Source: an uncultured delta proteobacterium (GTDB taxonomy: Bacteria; Myxococcota; Kuafuiibacteriia; Kuafuiibacteriales; Kuafuiibacteriaceae). Taken from it: DNA of 64,000 nucleotides. The DNA is taken from assembly GCA_963803435.1 (NCBI GenBank), contig CAWDML010000001.1:640001-704000 (forward strand), given 5' to 3'. This document shows positions 16,860 through 27,495 of the stretch, one piece after another (the first letter of the stretch is position 1; every line of letters begins with the position of its first letter). The position numbers were made by a program, and so were the translations under genes. The notes under the pieces were generated by a model that saw only the letters and a list, made by a program, of their open reading frames with translations, was not told the DNA's origin and did not search any database.

Positions 16860-18760
16860 TCGCGGACCTCCGGGAAGTGCATGGCCAGCTCACGCATGTC
16901 GTTTTGATCGATGACCGCGTTCTTGGTGAGATCGCAGCGGACCTCGAAGTCGAGGTTGCCCGTGAGCACGCCGTCGCCGATGCCGGTCAGGAGGGCCCGC
17001 TGGCCGACGTGCTGCGCGCAGCGGATCAGGTCGGCGCCGTCGATCTCGCCGTCAAAGTCCACGTCCCGCTCGTTCGCCGAGAGAAACGTGAAGAAGGTCT
17101 GGTAGCGTGGGTTCGGTCGGACGCGCAGGATGGTCTTCGGCGCGCTCACCGGCAGCACGGCGTCGCTCCCCTCGATCGTGACCCGCTCCTTCTGGACCGT
17201 CCCGTCCTCCAGCTCCAACCACAGCTCGAGGATGTTCCGGGCGGCGCCGGTCTGGTGGATGGAGATCTCGGTCTGCGTGAAGTCGATCGTGACGACCGGC
17301 TCCGTGTTCGCGTACACGTACTGGTCGAAGAACCAGCCCAGATCCTGGCCGGCGGCGTCCGACATCGAGCTCGCAAAGTCCGCTGTCGTGCACGGTACGC
17401 CGGCGCAGCGGCCGGCGTAGGCGATCAGCCCGGCCGCGAACGCGCCGTCGCCGACCGTCACCCTCAGGAGATCGAGCGTGCCCGCGCTCTTGAGGTACGC
17501 CCACTCGGTGTACGCGCCTCCGGCGCCAGCCGCGCCCGCCGGTGGCACGACCGGCGGAAGACCGGCGAAGGCGGTCGAGTAGAGGGAGACCAGCTTCATC
17601 TCGTTGTAGCGCCGGCCGAGGTATCGATCGCGATCTTCGACCTTGAGGATGACGTCGCCCGTGTAGTCGATCTGGGAGAAGGTCGCGAGGCCCTCGGTGA
17701 GGAAGCGGGTGTTGGTCGCCTGCTCCACCGCCAGCACGCCCCACCAGCAGTGGCTCGTCTCGTGGGCGAAGGTCTCCTCGAAGTACCGCGCACCAGAGTC
17801 GCCGTAGTACTCGGCGAGGAGGGAGGTGGCGTAGCCGGCGGTCCCGGGGAAGAGCGCCGTGTCGGGAAGCTTCACCAGCGTGAGGCGCGAAAAGGGAAAC
17901 GGGCGCCCCGCCTGCCGGTCGAGGAAGGCCACGATGTGCTCGGCCCAGCCGACGATGTCGTCGACCCACGCCGGGTCGCTCGCCAGATACAACACCTGAG
18001 TGGGGATGCTGGTGCCGGGGACGTCTCGCACCACCAGATCGCCGAAGACCGCCACGTACGCGGCGAAGTCCTGGCGGACCGGGATCTGCCAGTCGACCGT
18101 CAACGTCGTCCCATCGTCCCTTCGCTCGAGCTCGTCCGCCGCAACGTACTGGTTGACGCCGCTCGGCACGGAGAGGTTCAGGCGCCGCTCGTAATACGGC
18201 GTCGTGTCGTAGTCGGAGGGATCGTAAAAGATCGGAAACGCCGTGCCGGCCATCGCGAAGTCGATGCCCCTACCCCCGAAGTCGCACGAGGAGAAGCGAC
18301 CGTCGGACGGGCACATCAGCGTGCCCGCATATTCGAACTGCAACGTAACTTGCGTTCCCTCGGGCAGCGCCGGCGAGAACGTGGGCTGCACGTAGCGATA
18401 CCCGTCCTGGGCCAGCTCGCCGAACGGCACGTCGCCCTGATCCGTCGAGATCCGCTCGATCAACAGTCCGGCGTCGATGAGCATCAGGAGCGCGGAGAGC
18501 CCGCCCTCACCTGCGGTCAGCGTGGCGGAGACCGTCGCGGAGACCGTGCCGCGCATGGGATCGACGAACACCCGCTCGTCCACCCGCTCGAGTCTGTGAT
18601 GGCCCAGATCGCCCGCGAGGTAGGCCAGCCCGGGGAGATCGCGGAGCGCGTCCAGCCGCCGGACGTCGACGTCCGGCATGACGAGCTCGGGCCGGGCATA
18701 CGCGTTGGGCATGGCCAGGAGCGCGAGCACCAGCGCGCGATAACAAACTGACGCTTTCAT
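16856..18760 (-). CDS. M1-family (gluzincin) aminopeptidase with C-terminal dockerin-like domain
   Basis: Signal peptide from ATG 18760; AHETSHCWWG...FLTEGLATF (HExxH-x18-E), AYLKSA, LGWFFDQYVY; C-terminal DVDFDGEIDGADL...DLTKNAVIDQNDM duplicated EF-hand-like motif. Confidence 0.8.
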   Translation of the reverse strand: MKASVCYRALVLALLAMPNAYARPELVMPDVDVRRLDALRDLPGLAYLAGDLGHHRLERVDERVFVDPMRGTVSATVSATLTAGEGGLSALLMLIDAGLLIERISTDQGDVPFGELAQDGYRYVQPTFSPALPEGTQVTLQFEYAGTLMCPSDGRFSSCDFGGRGIDFAMAGTAFPIFYDPSDYDTTPYYERRLNLSVPSGVNQYVAADELERRDDGTTLTVDWQIPVRQDFAAYVAVFGDLVVRDVPGTSIPTQVLYLASDPAWVDDIVGWAEHIVAFLDRQAGRPFPFSRLTLVKLPDTALFPGTAGYATSLLAEYYGDSGARYFEETFAHETSHCWWGVLAVEQATNTRFLTEGLATFSQIDYTGDVILKVEDRDRYLGRRYNEMKLVSLYSTAFAGLPPVVPPAGAAGAGGAYTEWAYLKSAGTLDLLRVTVGDGAFAAGLIAYAGRCAGVPCTTADFASSMSDAAGQDLGWFFDQYVYANTEPVVTIDFTQTEISIHQTGAARNILELWLELEDGTVQKERVTIEGSDAVLPVSAPKTILRVRPNPRYQTFFTFLSANERDVDFDGEIDGADLIRCAQHVGQRALLTGIGDGVLTGNLDFEVRCDLTKNAVIDQNDMRELAMHFPEVRE

Positions 18761-18933
18761 CGGCTGGGCGTGAGAGTGCAACGCACATGCCCGGGCGGTG
18801 AATCGGGACCCCAGGGCTCGGGGGGAGAGGCCCGGCCGCGGGCAAAACGGTGTGTCCAGGCGCAGAAAAGCGTCAGGGTACGAGCCTTGCACAGATCGCC
18901 CGCCGCAGGCAGGTTGCAGCTCTCGGAGGTCTG

Positions 18934-20679
18934 ATGCATCGCTCGTATTCTCTGTTTCCGGCGCTCGGGGCGCTGTTCGTGTTCGGCTGCAACGCGGACG
19001 GGACCGGCTCGATCGCCGACGTCGGGACGCCGCCGGTCGATACCGGGGTCCGCGACACCGGGACACCGCCGCGGGACACCGGCGTTCCGCCCGACACCGG
19101 TGTGCAGGACGCCGGCGACCTGCCCGACGGCGGAACCCCGGACATGGGCGCGCCCGACGGGGGCCCACCGCCGGTCAACGACGTCACCATCTCGGGGAAG
19201 GTTCGACGCCTCGGAGCGTATCTGGCCGGGACCAACGCGTACGTGGGCTCGGCCGCGGTGCTGGCGTACGGCGTGCTGCCGGAGACCAGCACGATCTCCG
19301 ATGAGACCAACCTCGGCTACTACTCGGTGAAGGTGCCCGCCAACGGCGACGTCATCTTCTTCGCGTCGAAGGCCGGCTACCACCAGACGTTCTACAAGGT
19401 GACCGTCGCCGATCAGGACGTCCAAAACCAGAGCCTCCCGCTCGCCGAGGCCGCGTGGCTCTCGGAGATCACCGCCGCGCACAATGTCGATCTCGACACG
19501 CCCTTCGCGTGCCAGACGCCCGGTCTCACCGGCGAGACCTGCATCTACTCCATCATCGTCGGCCGGATCCTCGACGACGGCACCGCGGGCGCCGGTCAGA
19601 TCCGCCCGGTCGCGGGCGTCTCTGCCGGTGACTTCACGCTCTCCGGACCCAACAACGACGCCACCTGGTATCGGCGCGGCCCCTACTTCTTGAGCTCTAC
19701 CGGCACGTCGTCCGCCACCGCGACGCAGTCGATCGTCGACCAGGACGGACAGGGCAACTATCTCGGCGGACTCTTCATCGTGTTCATCGAGGTCCCACAG
19801 CAGGGCGGCCAGTACCCGTACATCGACATGAAGCTTCAGATCCGGCACGACGACAACGGCACGGTGCGCGGCTTCGGTCCCATCGACGTGCAGGCGTTCC
19901 GCGGACCCGGCGGCGCCGTGAGCTGGGCCTCGATCTCGGAGACGGGTGTGATCGTCCCGCCGCCGCCCGGCAACGTCGACTTCGACACGCAGGTCTATCC
20001 GATGTTCCTCCCGGTGCCGCAGGGCGGGCTCGGCTGCCAGGGCTGCCATACCACGCAAGGCGGGGTGACACCGGCGGCGGGGATGGACCTCCATGGCGCC
20101 ACCACCGCGTACGCGTCGCTCGATCCGCAGACCTATCCTCTCCGGGTCAACCTGGCGATGCCGGACCAGAGTCTGCTCCTGACCAAGCCGCTGTATGAGG
20201 CGGTCGGTCCACAGAACCACCCGATCTTCGCGTTTGCCAGCCCGAACGACGCGGGCTACCAGATCATTCTCCAATGGATCACGGAGGGCGCGCAGCGCAA
20301 CGTCGTGGTCGCCCCCGTGAGCTTTGCCAACGATGTCCATCGCGGTTTGTACAACGACACGCAAAACGGCGGTTGGGGCTGCCGTGCCTGTCACTATGAC
20401 ACCGTCACGGCGACCACCGCGCCGGGCGGCTTCTACATCAGCGGCGATCCGGCCGCAGTCTATGACGAGCTCGTCAACGAGGCACCGGAGGACAACGGAC
20501 TCACGGGCCAACCGTATCGGATCGACAAAGATCCGCAGTACACTGATCGAAGCCTGGTGCTCACCAACCCGCTCTTGGGCAACCCGGAGCCGCACCCGGT
20601 GAAGATCTTCTACGACAACACGGACCCGCGATATGTGCTCATCTATCGCTGGATCCAAGAAGGCTACAACAACAACTGA
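18934..20679 (+). CDS. Diheme c-type cytochrome lipoprotein (paralog 1)
   Basis: GGAGG RBS, lipobox LFVFGC, DTG/DAG linker, carboxypeptidase-regulatory-like domain, CQGCH and CRACH. Confidence 0.75.
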   Translation: MHRSYSLFPALGALFVFGCNADGTGSIADVGTPPVDTGVRDTGTPPRDTGVPPDTGVQDAGDLPDGGTPDMGAPDGGPPPVNDVTISGKVRRLGAYLAGTNAYVGSAAVLAYGVLPETSTISDETNLGYYSVKVPANGDVIFFASKAGYHQTFYKVTVADQDVQNQSLPLAEAAWLSEITAAHNVDLDTPFACQTPGLTGETCIYSIIVGRILDDGTAGAGQIRPVAGVSAGDFTLSGPNNDATWYRRGPYFLSSTGTSSATATQSIVDQDGQGNYLGGLFIVFIEVPQQGGQYPYIDMKLQIRHDDNGTVRGFGPIDVQAFRGPGGAVSWASISETGVIVPPPPGNVDFDTQVYPMFLPVPQGGLGCQGCHTTQGGVTPAAGMDLHGATTAYASLDPQTYPLRVNLAMPDQSLLLTKPLYEAVGPQNHPIFAFASPNDAGYQIILQWITEGAQRNVVVAPVSFANDVHRGLYNDTQNGGWGCRACHYDTVTATTAPGGFYISGDPAAVYDELVNEAPEDNGLTGQPYRIDKDPQYTDRSLVLTNPLLGNPEPHPVKIFYDNTDPRYVLIYRWIQEGYNNN

Positions 20680-20698
20680 GGACCGCGGGAGGGTCACC

Positions 20699-22363
20699 AT
20701 GTTTCGTAGAATCAGCGCGTTTGTCTTCTCGGGGTGGCTGATCGCGTGCGGCACGGAGCCGATTCAACAACCGCCGCCGGGCGCCGACGGAGGTGTCGAG
20801 ACACCCGACGGCGGAGGCATGCTGCCCGACGGCGGCGGTCCGCCCGTGGACCCGGGCCAGAACGTCTTCATCGAGGGCTACACATATCGGCTGGACGCGT
20901 ATCTCGACGGCAACCCGGTCCCGGCCGGTGAGGCGACGATCTCCGCGCTCGGCACGGTGGGCGTGCAGCCGGTGAGCTCCGGGGCGCTCGGCGACTACCG
21001 GATCGAGGTCCCGCAGAACGGCGCGCTCCTGCTGACCTCAAACAAGACGGGCTACTGGCCGACCTACGAGCAGCTCGCGATCGGCAACCAGAACATCACG
21101 GGCAAGAACTTCCTGCTCGCGTACAACACGCACATCTCGCTGATCGCCGATCGGCTGGGGATCCAGGGCGTCGATCAAGAGTTCCAGTGCCACGCCCCCA
21201 ACCAGAACGCGATGTGCAAGTACGGCATCGTCATGGGCCGGGTCGTGGACGACGGCAGCTACGACAACGGCACCCCGACGCCGCTGGCCGGCGTGCAGAA
21301 GAACGAGTTCACGGTCACCGTCGACAACACGCCGGGCTGGTACTTCAAGGGACCCTACTTCTTCTTCTTCAACGGTCAGCCCGACCCGAACGCCACCGCC
21401 ACCAAGCGCACGCGGAACATGACCACCGGCAAGTACGAGGGCGGCCTCTTCGCGCTGTTCATCGAGATCCCGCTCGTCGGCGGGAACTCTCACGACCTCG
21501 AGCTCAAGGCCTCGAGCCTCGCCGAGGGCACCGTCCAGCGCTACTTCGGTCCGCTGCAGATCAAGGTGTTCCGCGGCGGGTTCACGTGGGTCACGCTGCG
21601 CGAAGGCGGCGTCGCACCTCCGCCGCCTCCGCCGCCCCCGGGCGAGGTGGACTTCGAGACGCAGGTCTATCCGCTGTTCCTCCCCGTGAACCAAGGCGGC
21701 TTCGGCTGCCAGGGCTGCCACACGGACCAGGGTGGCCTGGCGCCGGCCGGCGGCATGAACCTCTACGGCGGCGCCGCCCAGGCGTACACGGCCCTCGATC
21801 CGACGCGCTATCCGCAGCGGGTCAACGTTCAGAACGTCTCGGCGAGCCTCCTCTTGACCAAGCCCCTGTACGAAGCCGACGGGAACCAGAACCACCCGAT
21901 CTTCGCCTTCGCCAGCACGCAGGAGCCGGCCTACAAGACGATCTACGATTGGATCAGCGCCGGCGCGCAGTACAACGGCCAGGTGCAGGTCACGCCCGTG
22001 AGCTTCTACAACGAGATCCGGACCCTGCTCTACCGGTCGCGCGCCGAGGGCGGGATCGGCTGCTACGACTGCCACGTCAGCGGCGTCGATGCGAACACCG
22101 CTCCCGGCGGCGCATACTTCGGCGGCGACGGCAACGCGCTCTATCAGGTGCTCACGCAGGATCCGCCGTCGGACGACGGCAACACCGGCGAGCCGTACCG
22201 GATCAACAAGCAGGGCAACGTGGCGGCCAGCCTGGTGCTCACCAATCCGCTGGTGGGCTCGCCCGAGCCGCACACCGGGAAGATCATCCCGAACGCGAAC
22301 GACGTGAACTATCAGAAGATCTATCGCTGGATCTCGGAAGGCTACGTCAACGACACGCCCTGA
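20699..22363 (+). CDS. Diheme c-type cytochrome lipoprotein (paralog 2)
   Basis: GGAGG RBS, lipobox WLIAC, CQGCH and CYDCH; colinear similarity to 18934-20679. Confidence 0.75.
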   Translation: MFRRISAFVFSGWLIACGTEPIQQPPPGADGGVETPDGGGMLPDGGGPPVDPGQNVFIEGYTYRLDAYLDGNPVPAGEATISALGTVGVQPVSSGALGDYRIEVPQNGALLLTSNKTGYWPTYEQLAIGNQNITGKNFLLAYNTHISLIADRLGIQGVDQEFQCHAPNQNAMCKYGIVMGRVVDDGSYDNGTPTPLAGVQKNEFTVTVDNTPGWYFKGPYFFFFNGQPDPNATATKRTRNMTTGKYEGGLFALFIEIPLVGGNSHDLELKASSLAEGTVQRYFGPLQIKVFRGGFTWVTLREGGVAPPPPPPPPGEVDFETQVYPLFLPVNQGGFGCQGCHTDQGGLAPAGGMNLYGGAAQAYTALDPTRYPQRVNVQNVSASLLLTKPLYEADGNQNHPIFAFASTQEPAYKTIYDWISAGAQYNGQVQVTPVSFYNEIRTLLYRSRAEGGIGCYDCHVSGVDANTAPGGAYFGGDGNALYQVLTQDPPSDDGNTGEPYRINKQGNVAASLVLTNPLVGSPEPHTGKIIPNANDVNYQKIYRWISEGYVNDTP

Positions 22364-23391
22364 TCGCGCTGGAGGAACCGGCTCATGTCGCTCGGGCTGA
22401 CATAGACGCCCGAGCGACGCAGGTAGTCCTCGATCATCTCGTACATCGCCTTGGCCGAGGCGAAGCGCCGCGTCGGGTTCCGATGCGTGGCTTGGCGGAT
22501 GATCGCCTGGAGCTCGGGCTCCAGATCGTGCTTGCGCATGACGTCGTAGGGCACGCCGTCGTGGACGATCCGCGTCATCGCCTTCACCGGCTCGTCTCCG
22601 GTGAAGCAGAGCTCGCCGGTGAGCAGCTCGAGCATCACCAGTCCAACGCTGTAGACGTCCGCCTGGGGCGTGATCAGCTGCTCGGCGATGTACTCGGGCG
22701 CCATGTACCGATACTTGCCTTTGACGATGTGCGGGGCCGTCGGGGCCTGGATCCGACCCCGCATGTGGACCATCCCGAAGTCGGTCAGCTTCACGTGCCC
22801 GGTGTTCGCCACCACGATGTTCGACGGGTTGACGTCGCGGTGAACGATCCGCAGCGGCTCCTCGTCCGGACCCACGGCCTGATGCGCATGATCGAGGGCT
22901 CGCAGCACCTCGATCATCGCGTAGACGACCAACGGCTCCGGCATCTTCTGCTCGCGACGCCGGAGCTCCTGCACGATGCGTCGCAGATCCGGGCCAGGCA
23001 CGTACTCGAGCGCGAGATAGACGCCGGAGCCGTCCTCGCCGACGTCGAAGATGGTGACCAGGTTCGGGTGATCCAGGAAGGCGATCGCCCGCGCCTCATC
23101 GAGCAGCATGCCCCGTGAATGCTCGAAGTTGTCGAGCTGGCGGCCCGCCCACTTCACCACTGCTCGGCGGATGACGCCGAACGGAGAGGACTTGTGGGCG
23201 AGGAAGACCATCGTCGCCGCGCTCGACGGGAAACGGCCCACGAGCTGATAGTCTCCGATGCGGGCCAGCGTCGGCTTGCTCGGCGTCGCCTCCAGCTCGG
23301 GTTTCTTGTTCGGTGGATCCGATGGCCTCGCACCACGGATGATCTTCGCCACGCCCAAGACGTCGGCGACGTCGACCGGATCCAAGGACAT
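22342..23391 (-). CDS. Ser/Thr protein kinase
   Basis: VVK, EAR, HPNLV, IVHRDVNPSN, VKLTDFG, GKYRYMAPE, ADVYSVG. Confidence 0.9.
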   Translation of the reverse strand: MSLDPVDVADVLGVAKIIRGARPSDPPNKKPELEATPSKPTLARIGDYQLVGRFPSSAATMVFLAHKSSPFGVIRRAVVKWAGRQLDNFEHSRGMLLDEARAIAFLDHPNLVTIFDVGEDGSGVYLALEYVPGPDLRRIVQELRRREQKMPEPLVVYAMIEVLRALDHAHQAVGPDEEPLRIVHRDVNPSNIVVANTGHVKLTDFGMVHMRGRIQAPTAPHIVKGKYRYMAPEYIAEQLITPQADVYSVGLVMLELLTGELCFTGDEPVKAMTRIVHDGVPYDVMRKHDLEPELQAIIRQATHRNPTRRFASAKAMYEMIEDYLRRSGVYVSPSDMSRFLQRDQGVSLT

Positions 23392-23453
23392 CGAACGCCC
23401 AACATCTCATCGGGCTGGACCCCCGTCAAACGGCGGCGGATACTCACACGGTC

Positions 23454-24212
23454 GTGGAGAACGAAGCCGCTCAAGCAAAGAACAACATCGAGCGGATGCA
23501 CTCCAACATCATGCGGAGGAACTTCTTCCAGATTCTTGGCGTCGAGCGCGACACCGACGTAGAACGAATCCGGGCCAGCTACCATCTGCTGGCCAAGAAG
23601 TGGCACTCCGACGCCTTCATCGGCATGCAGCTCGACGAGGCCAAGCCCAAGCTCGACGAGATCTTCCAGCGGATCAACGACGCCTACGAGACGCTGACCG
23701 ATCCGAAGAAGCGAACCGAGTACCTCATCCTCCTCGATCGCCAGCGCAAGGGGATGGCGACCGACGTCAGCCAGGTCCTCTACGGGGAGCAGATCTTCGA
23801 CGAGGCGCTGATGCAGATGAAGCGGAGGGAGTGGATCGCCGCGCTGGACTCGGTCGATCGCGCGATCACGCTCAATCCCGACGATCCGCTCTACCTGGCC
23901 ACCAAGGGTTGGGTCGTGTTCAACGCCCACAAGAAGGACGAGAAAGAGGTCCGGAGGGCGCTCGATCTGATCCGCGACGCGATCAAGAAGCAAGAGAACC
24001 TGCCGATCGCCTATCAGTACGGCGGACAGATCCACTTCGCCCGTGAGGAGCTCGAGGAAGCGAGGAAGTGGTTCAAGAAGTGCCTCGAGTGGGACCGGCG
24101 TAACGTCGACGCCCAGCGCATGCTTCGGCTGGTCAACACCCGCGAGGAGAAGCGGAAGAACAGCGGACTGGGCGGTATCTTCTCCAAGCTCTTCGGAAGC
24201 TCGAAGAAATGA
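23454..24212 (+). CDS. J-domain (DnaJ-like) plus TPR protein
   Basis: NFFQILGV...IRASYHLLAKKWHSD...FQRINDAYETLTDPKKRTEY followed by TPR helices. Confidence 0.85.
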   Translation: MENEAAQAKNNIERMHSNIMRRNFFQILGVERDTDVERIRASYHLLAKKWHSDAFIGMQLDEAKPKLDEIFQRINDAYETLTDPKKRTEYLILLDRQRKGMATDVSQVLYGEQIFDEALMQMKRREWIAALDSVDRAITLNPDDPLYLATKGWVVFNAHKKDEKEVRRALDLIRDAIKKQENLPIAYQYGGQIHFAREELEEARKWFKKCLEWDRRNVDAQRMLRLVNTREEKRKNSGLGGIFSKLFGSSKK

Positions 24213-26327
24213 GACTGGGGCTCGCGGCGTCCGCGCTGATCGTGCTGGGGTGTGAGACCTCGCATCGCGCCGGACCGGCGCTGGACTCGGCCGCCGACCT
24301 GGCCGACCGCGTGCGCCCCTCGCTGGTGGTGGTGGAGGTCGGCGATCGCCTGGGGGTGGAGCACCCGCTCGGGTCGGGCTTCGTGGTCGGCGCGGACGGC
24401 CTGATCGCCACCAGCCTCCACGTGATCGGCGAGGCCCGCCCGATCACCGTTCACTTCGCCGACGGCCGCTCGACCCCGGTGATCGCGATTCGAGGCCCTC
24501 TCGCGCGAGCACGACTCGGTCCTCCTGCGCGTCGAGGGCAAAGGACTCCCCGCGCTCCCGCTCGGCGACTCCGAGCGGCTGCGCCAGGGCGACCCGATCC
24601 TCGCCTTCGGCAACCCCCAGGGTATGGAGCGCAGCCTGGTGCGGGGCACGGTCTCGGCGCTCCGCGAGATTGACGGCACGCCGATGATCCAGCTCGCCAT
24701 GCCGATCGAGCCGGGCAACAGCGGCGGACCCGTGATCGACCCCGAGGGGCGGGTTCAGGGCGTGGTCACGATGAAGTCGCGCATCACCGACAACCTGGGG
24801 TTCGCGGTGAGGAGCGAGGTGCTGGCGTCGCTGCTGGCGAATCGCTCGCCGGTGCCGATGAAGGACTGGCTCACCATCGGCGCCCTCGACCCGGCCGAGT
24901 GGACGCCGGTCCTGGGCGCCTGGTGGCGGCAGCGGGCCGGCCGCATCGTGGTGGAGCACGCGGGCCAGGGGTTCGCGGGGCGATCGCTCTGCCTCAACGC
25001 GGACCGTCCCGCCGGTCGCCCTTACACGGTGGGCGTGAGCGTGCGGCTCGAGGACGAGGACGGCGCCGCCGGCGTGGCGCTGGCCAGCGACGGCGATCAG
25101 GTCCACTACGGCTTCTATCCGACGCGCGGCCGGCTCCGGTTCACCCGCTTCGGCGGACCGGACGTGACGTCCTGGGAGATCCTGTTCGACGAGAAGACCG
25201 ACGCCTACCGTCCGGGCGACTGGAACCGCCTCGAGGTGCGGCGCGACCAGCGCACCCTGTCCTGCTACGTCAACGGCCGGCTGGTGTTCGAGACCGACGA
25301 CGATCGGCTCCCCGACGGCCAGGTCGGGCTCGTGAAGTTCCGGGAGACCCGAGCCGAGTTCAAGCACTTCGTCCTCGGCCGCGATCCCGAGCGCGCGCCC
25401 TCGCTGGGCCCGCGGGCCAAGGCCGTGCGACGCCTGGTGGCCGGCGAGATCGACGAGAGCGCCAAGCGGAAGCTGCTCGACGATCCGGAGGCCAGCCTGG
25501 AGGCGCTCCGCGACGAGGTCAAAGAGCTCCATCGCCGCGCCGAGGTCCTCGACCGCATCGCCACCGAGATCCACGTCTCGACCGTTCGCCAGGAGCTCGT
25601 CACCGAGCTCGCCAGGCCGGAGGACGACATCGATCTGTTCCGGGCGGCGCTGATGGTGGCGCGCCTCGACAACCCGGAGGTGCGCATCGACGACTACGTC
25701 GGTGACCTCGAGCGGATGGCGCGCACGCTGCTTCGTCGTATCCCGAAGATCGCCACCGAGTCGGAGCGGATCGACCTCCTGAACCGCTACCTCTTCGCCG
25801 AGAGCGGCTTTCACGGCGGCCACGACGAGTACTTCCATCGCTCGAACAGCTACCTGAACGAGGTGATCGACGATCGCGAGGGCCTGCCGCTGACGCTCGC
25901 GATCCTGTACATCGCGCTGGGCGAGAGGCTGGGGCTGCGGCTGGCCGCCATCGGTCTCCCCGGCCACGTGCTGGTGGAGCACATCCCGCGCCTGGGAGCG
26001 CCGCAGCTGATCGATGTCTTCAACAACGGTCAGCTGATCACCGAGCAGAAGGCGATGTCGATCGCCCGGCACATGGGCACGAACGGGCTCGAGCTGACCT
26101 CGCCGATGCCGAAGGCCCACGTCATCGTCCGGATGCTCCGCAACCTGCGGGAGGCCGCCCGTCGCGACGGCGACGTCAAGAGCGAGCTTCGCTATCTCGA
26201 CACCATGCTCGCCATCCAGCCCAACCTGCGCGACGCCCGCTTCGAGCGCGCGCAGCTCAAGCTCCGCTCCGGTCCCCAGAAGGACGCGCAGGAGGATCTC
26301 GACTGGCTCCAGCAGCACGCGGAGTGA
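24209..26327 (+). CDS. Trypsin-like serine protease + DUF1080/LamG-like + SirB1(transglutaminase-like)/TPR fusion; frameshift near 24489
   Basis: GSGFVV, TSLHVI, HDSVLL (after frame repair), GNSGGP; GDWNRLEV...YVNGRLV...GQVGL; NSYLNEVIDDREGLPLTL...IGLPGHVLV...IDVFNNG...RMLRNL. Confidence 0.75.
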
Positions 26328-27495
26328 GCACCTTGGCGAGGGCCCGCTTCGACGGGAAGGCGTTGAACACGAACATCCGCTCGCTCGCCTCGATCGCAGC
26401 CTCGAGGTCGGCGTCGAGGAGCGAGCGATCCACACCGAGGACCAGCCCGGGATCCGGCCGGGCAGCCAGCGCCTCCATCCTCCGCACCAGCACCGCCCGG
26501 TGCCAGCGATGGAACAGCTCGACCGCGATCGACACGTTGGTCTCCCGATGTCGGAGCACGAAGTCCGGGACCGCGAGATCGCGGACGCCGACCTGACGGA
26601 TCTCCGGCGTGGCGTCGATCCGCCACTCCGGATCGTCGAATCCCTCCACGAACGCCTGGATCTCCTCGGGGAGATGCCCCGGCGCCGCCGCGTGGGGCGA
26701 GACCAGCGGGTCCGCCTCGGTCAGCTCGAGATTGCAAGCTGACTTGCGCGGCAGCACGATCACGGCCGAGACGCGGAAGCGGGCCGCGATCGGCACGGCG
26801 CCCAGAAAGCCGGCCAGCTGGAGCCCGTACTTCTTCTGCATGTCGAGGATCGCGCCAGGTCCCTCGACCTCCAGAACCCACCGCTCCTCGCTCCGCTCCA
26901 GCCAGGCGACCAGCCGGCAGAACTTCAGCCACCGGAGGAGGCGGCGGACCTCCACCAGATCCGGCCGCTCGAGCTCCACGGTCACCTGATCCGCGTAGAG
27001 CAGGAGGCCCTGCGCGAGCCCCAGGTTGTAGCGATCGAGCAGGGTCTCGGCGTCGATCGCACGCCATGAGGACAGCGGCCGTTGATCGGCAAGATCGGCG
27101 AACAGCCGGTCCCGAACCTCGGCCAGCTCCATCCGCTCGCCCAGTGCCTGCTGGTAGGCCTCGAAGCTGGCACCGTCCGGGAGGCCGCGCAGGAGCTCGG
27201 AGGCCGTCACGAAGACGGTCCGGCGCAGCGCCTCCGACTCCTCCCCGGCCTCGCCGAAGTCCATTCGGTCCATCACCAGCTTCGCGAGCCCGCGGGCGAT
27301 CTTCGGTCGCGCGTGCTCGTTCGCGTGCGCTCGCAGCGCCGCCTCGATCGCGCCTCGCGGCAGCGCGATCGATCGCCCTGCGGACTCGATCATCCGCGCC
27401 GCCAGCGCCAGGAGATCGGGAGCGCGGGGATCCACGAACGAGGGCCTGATCTTTCCCGAGCGAATCCGATAGAGCAGATGCTCGCGCGTCAGCAT
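26257..27495 (-). CDS. DUF790 / Bax1-like endonuclease
   Basis: MLTREHL start, RYNLGLAQGLL, GPGAI...KYGLQLA, VPDFVL...VELFHRW (PD-(D/E)xK-like). Confidence 0.8.
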   Translation of the reverse strand: MLTREHLLYRIRSGKIRPSFVDPRAPDLLALAARMIESAGRSIALPRGAIEAALRAHANEHARPKIARGLAKLVMDRMDFGEAGEESEALRRTVFVTASELLRGLPDGASFEAYQQALGERMELAEVRDRLFADLADQRPLSSWRAIDAETLLDRYNLGLAQGLLLYADQVTVELERPDLVEVRRLLRWLKFCRLVAWLERSEERWVLEVEGPGAILDMQKKYGLQLAGFLGAVPIAARFRVSAVIVLPRKSACNLELTEADPLVSPHAAAPGHLPEEIQAFVEGFDDPEWRIDATPEIRQVGVRDLAVPDFVLRHRETNVSIAVELFHRWHRAVLVRRMEALAARPDPGLVLGVDRSLLDADLEAAIEASERMFVFNAFPSKRALAKVLTPRAAGASRDPPARPSGDRSGA

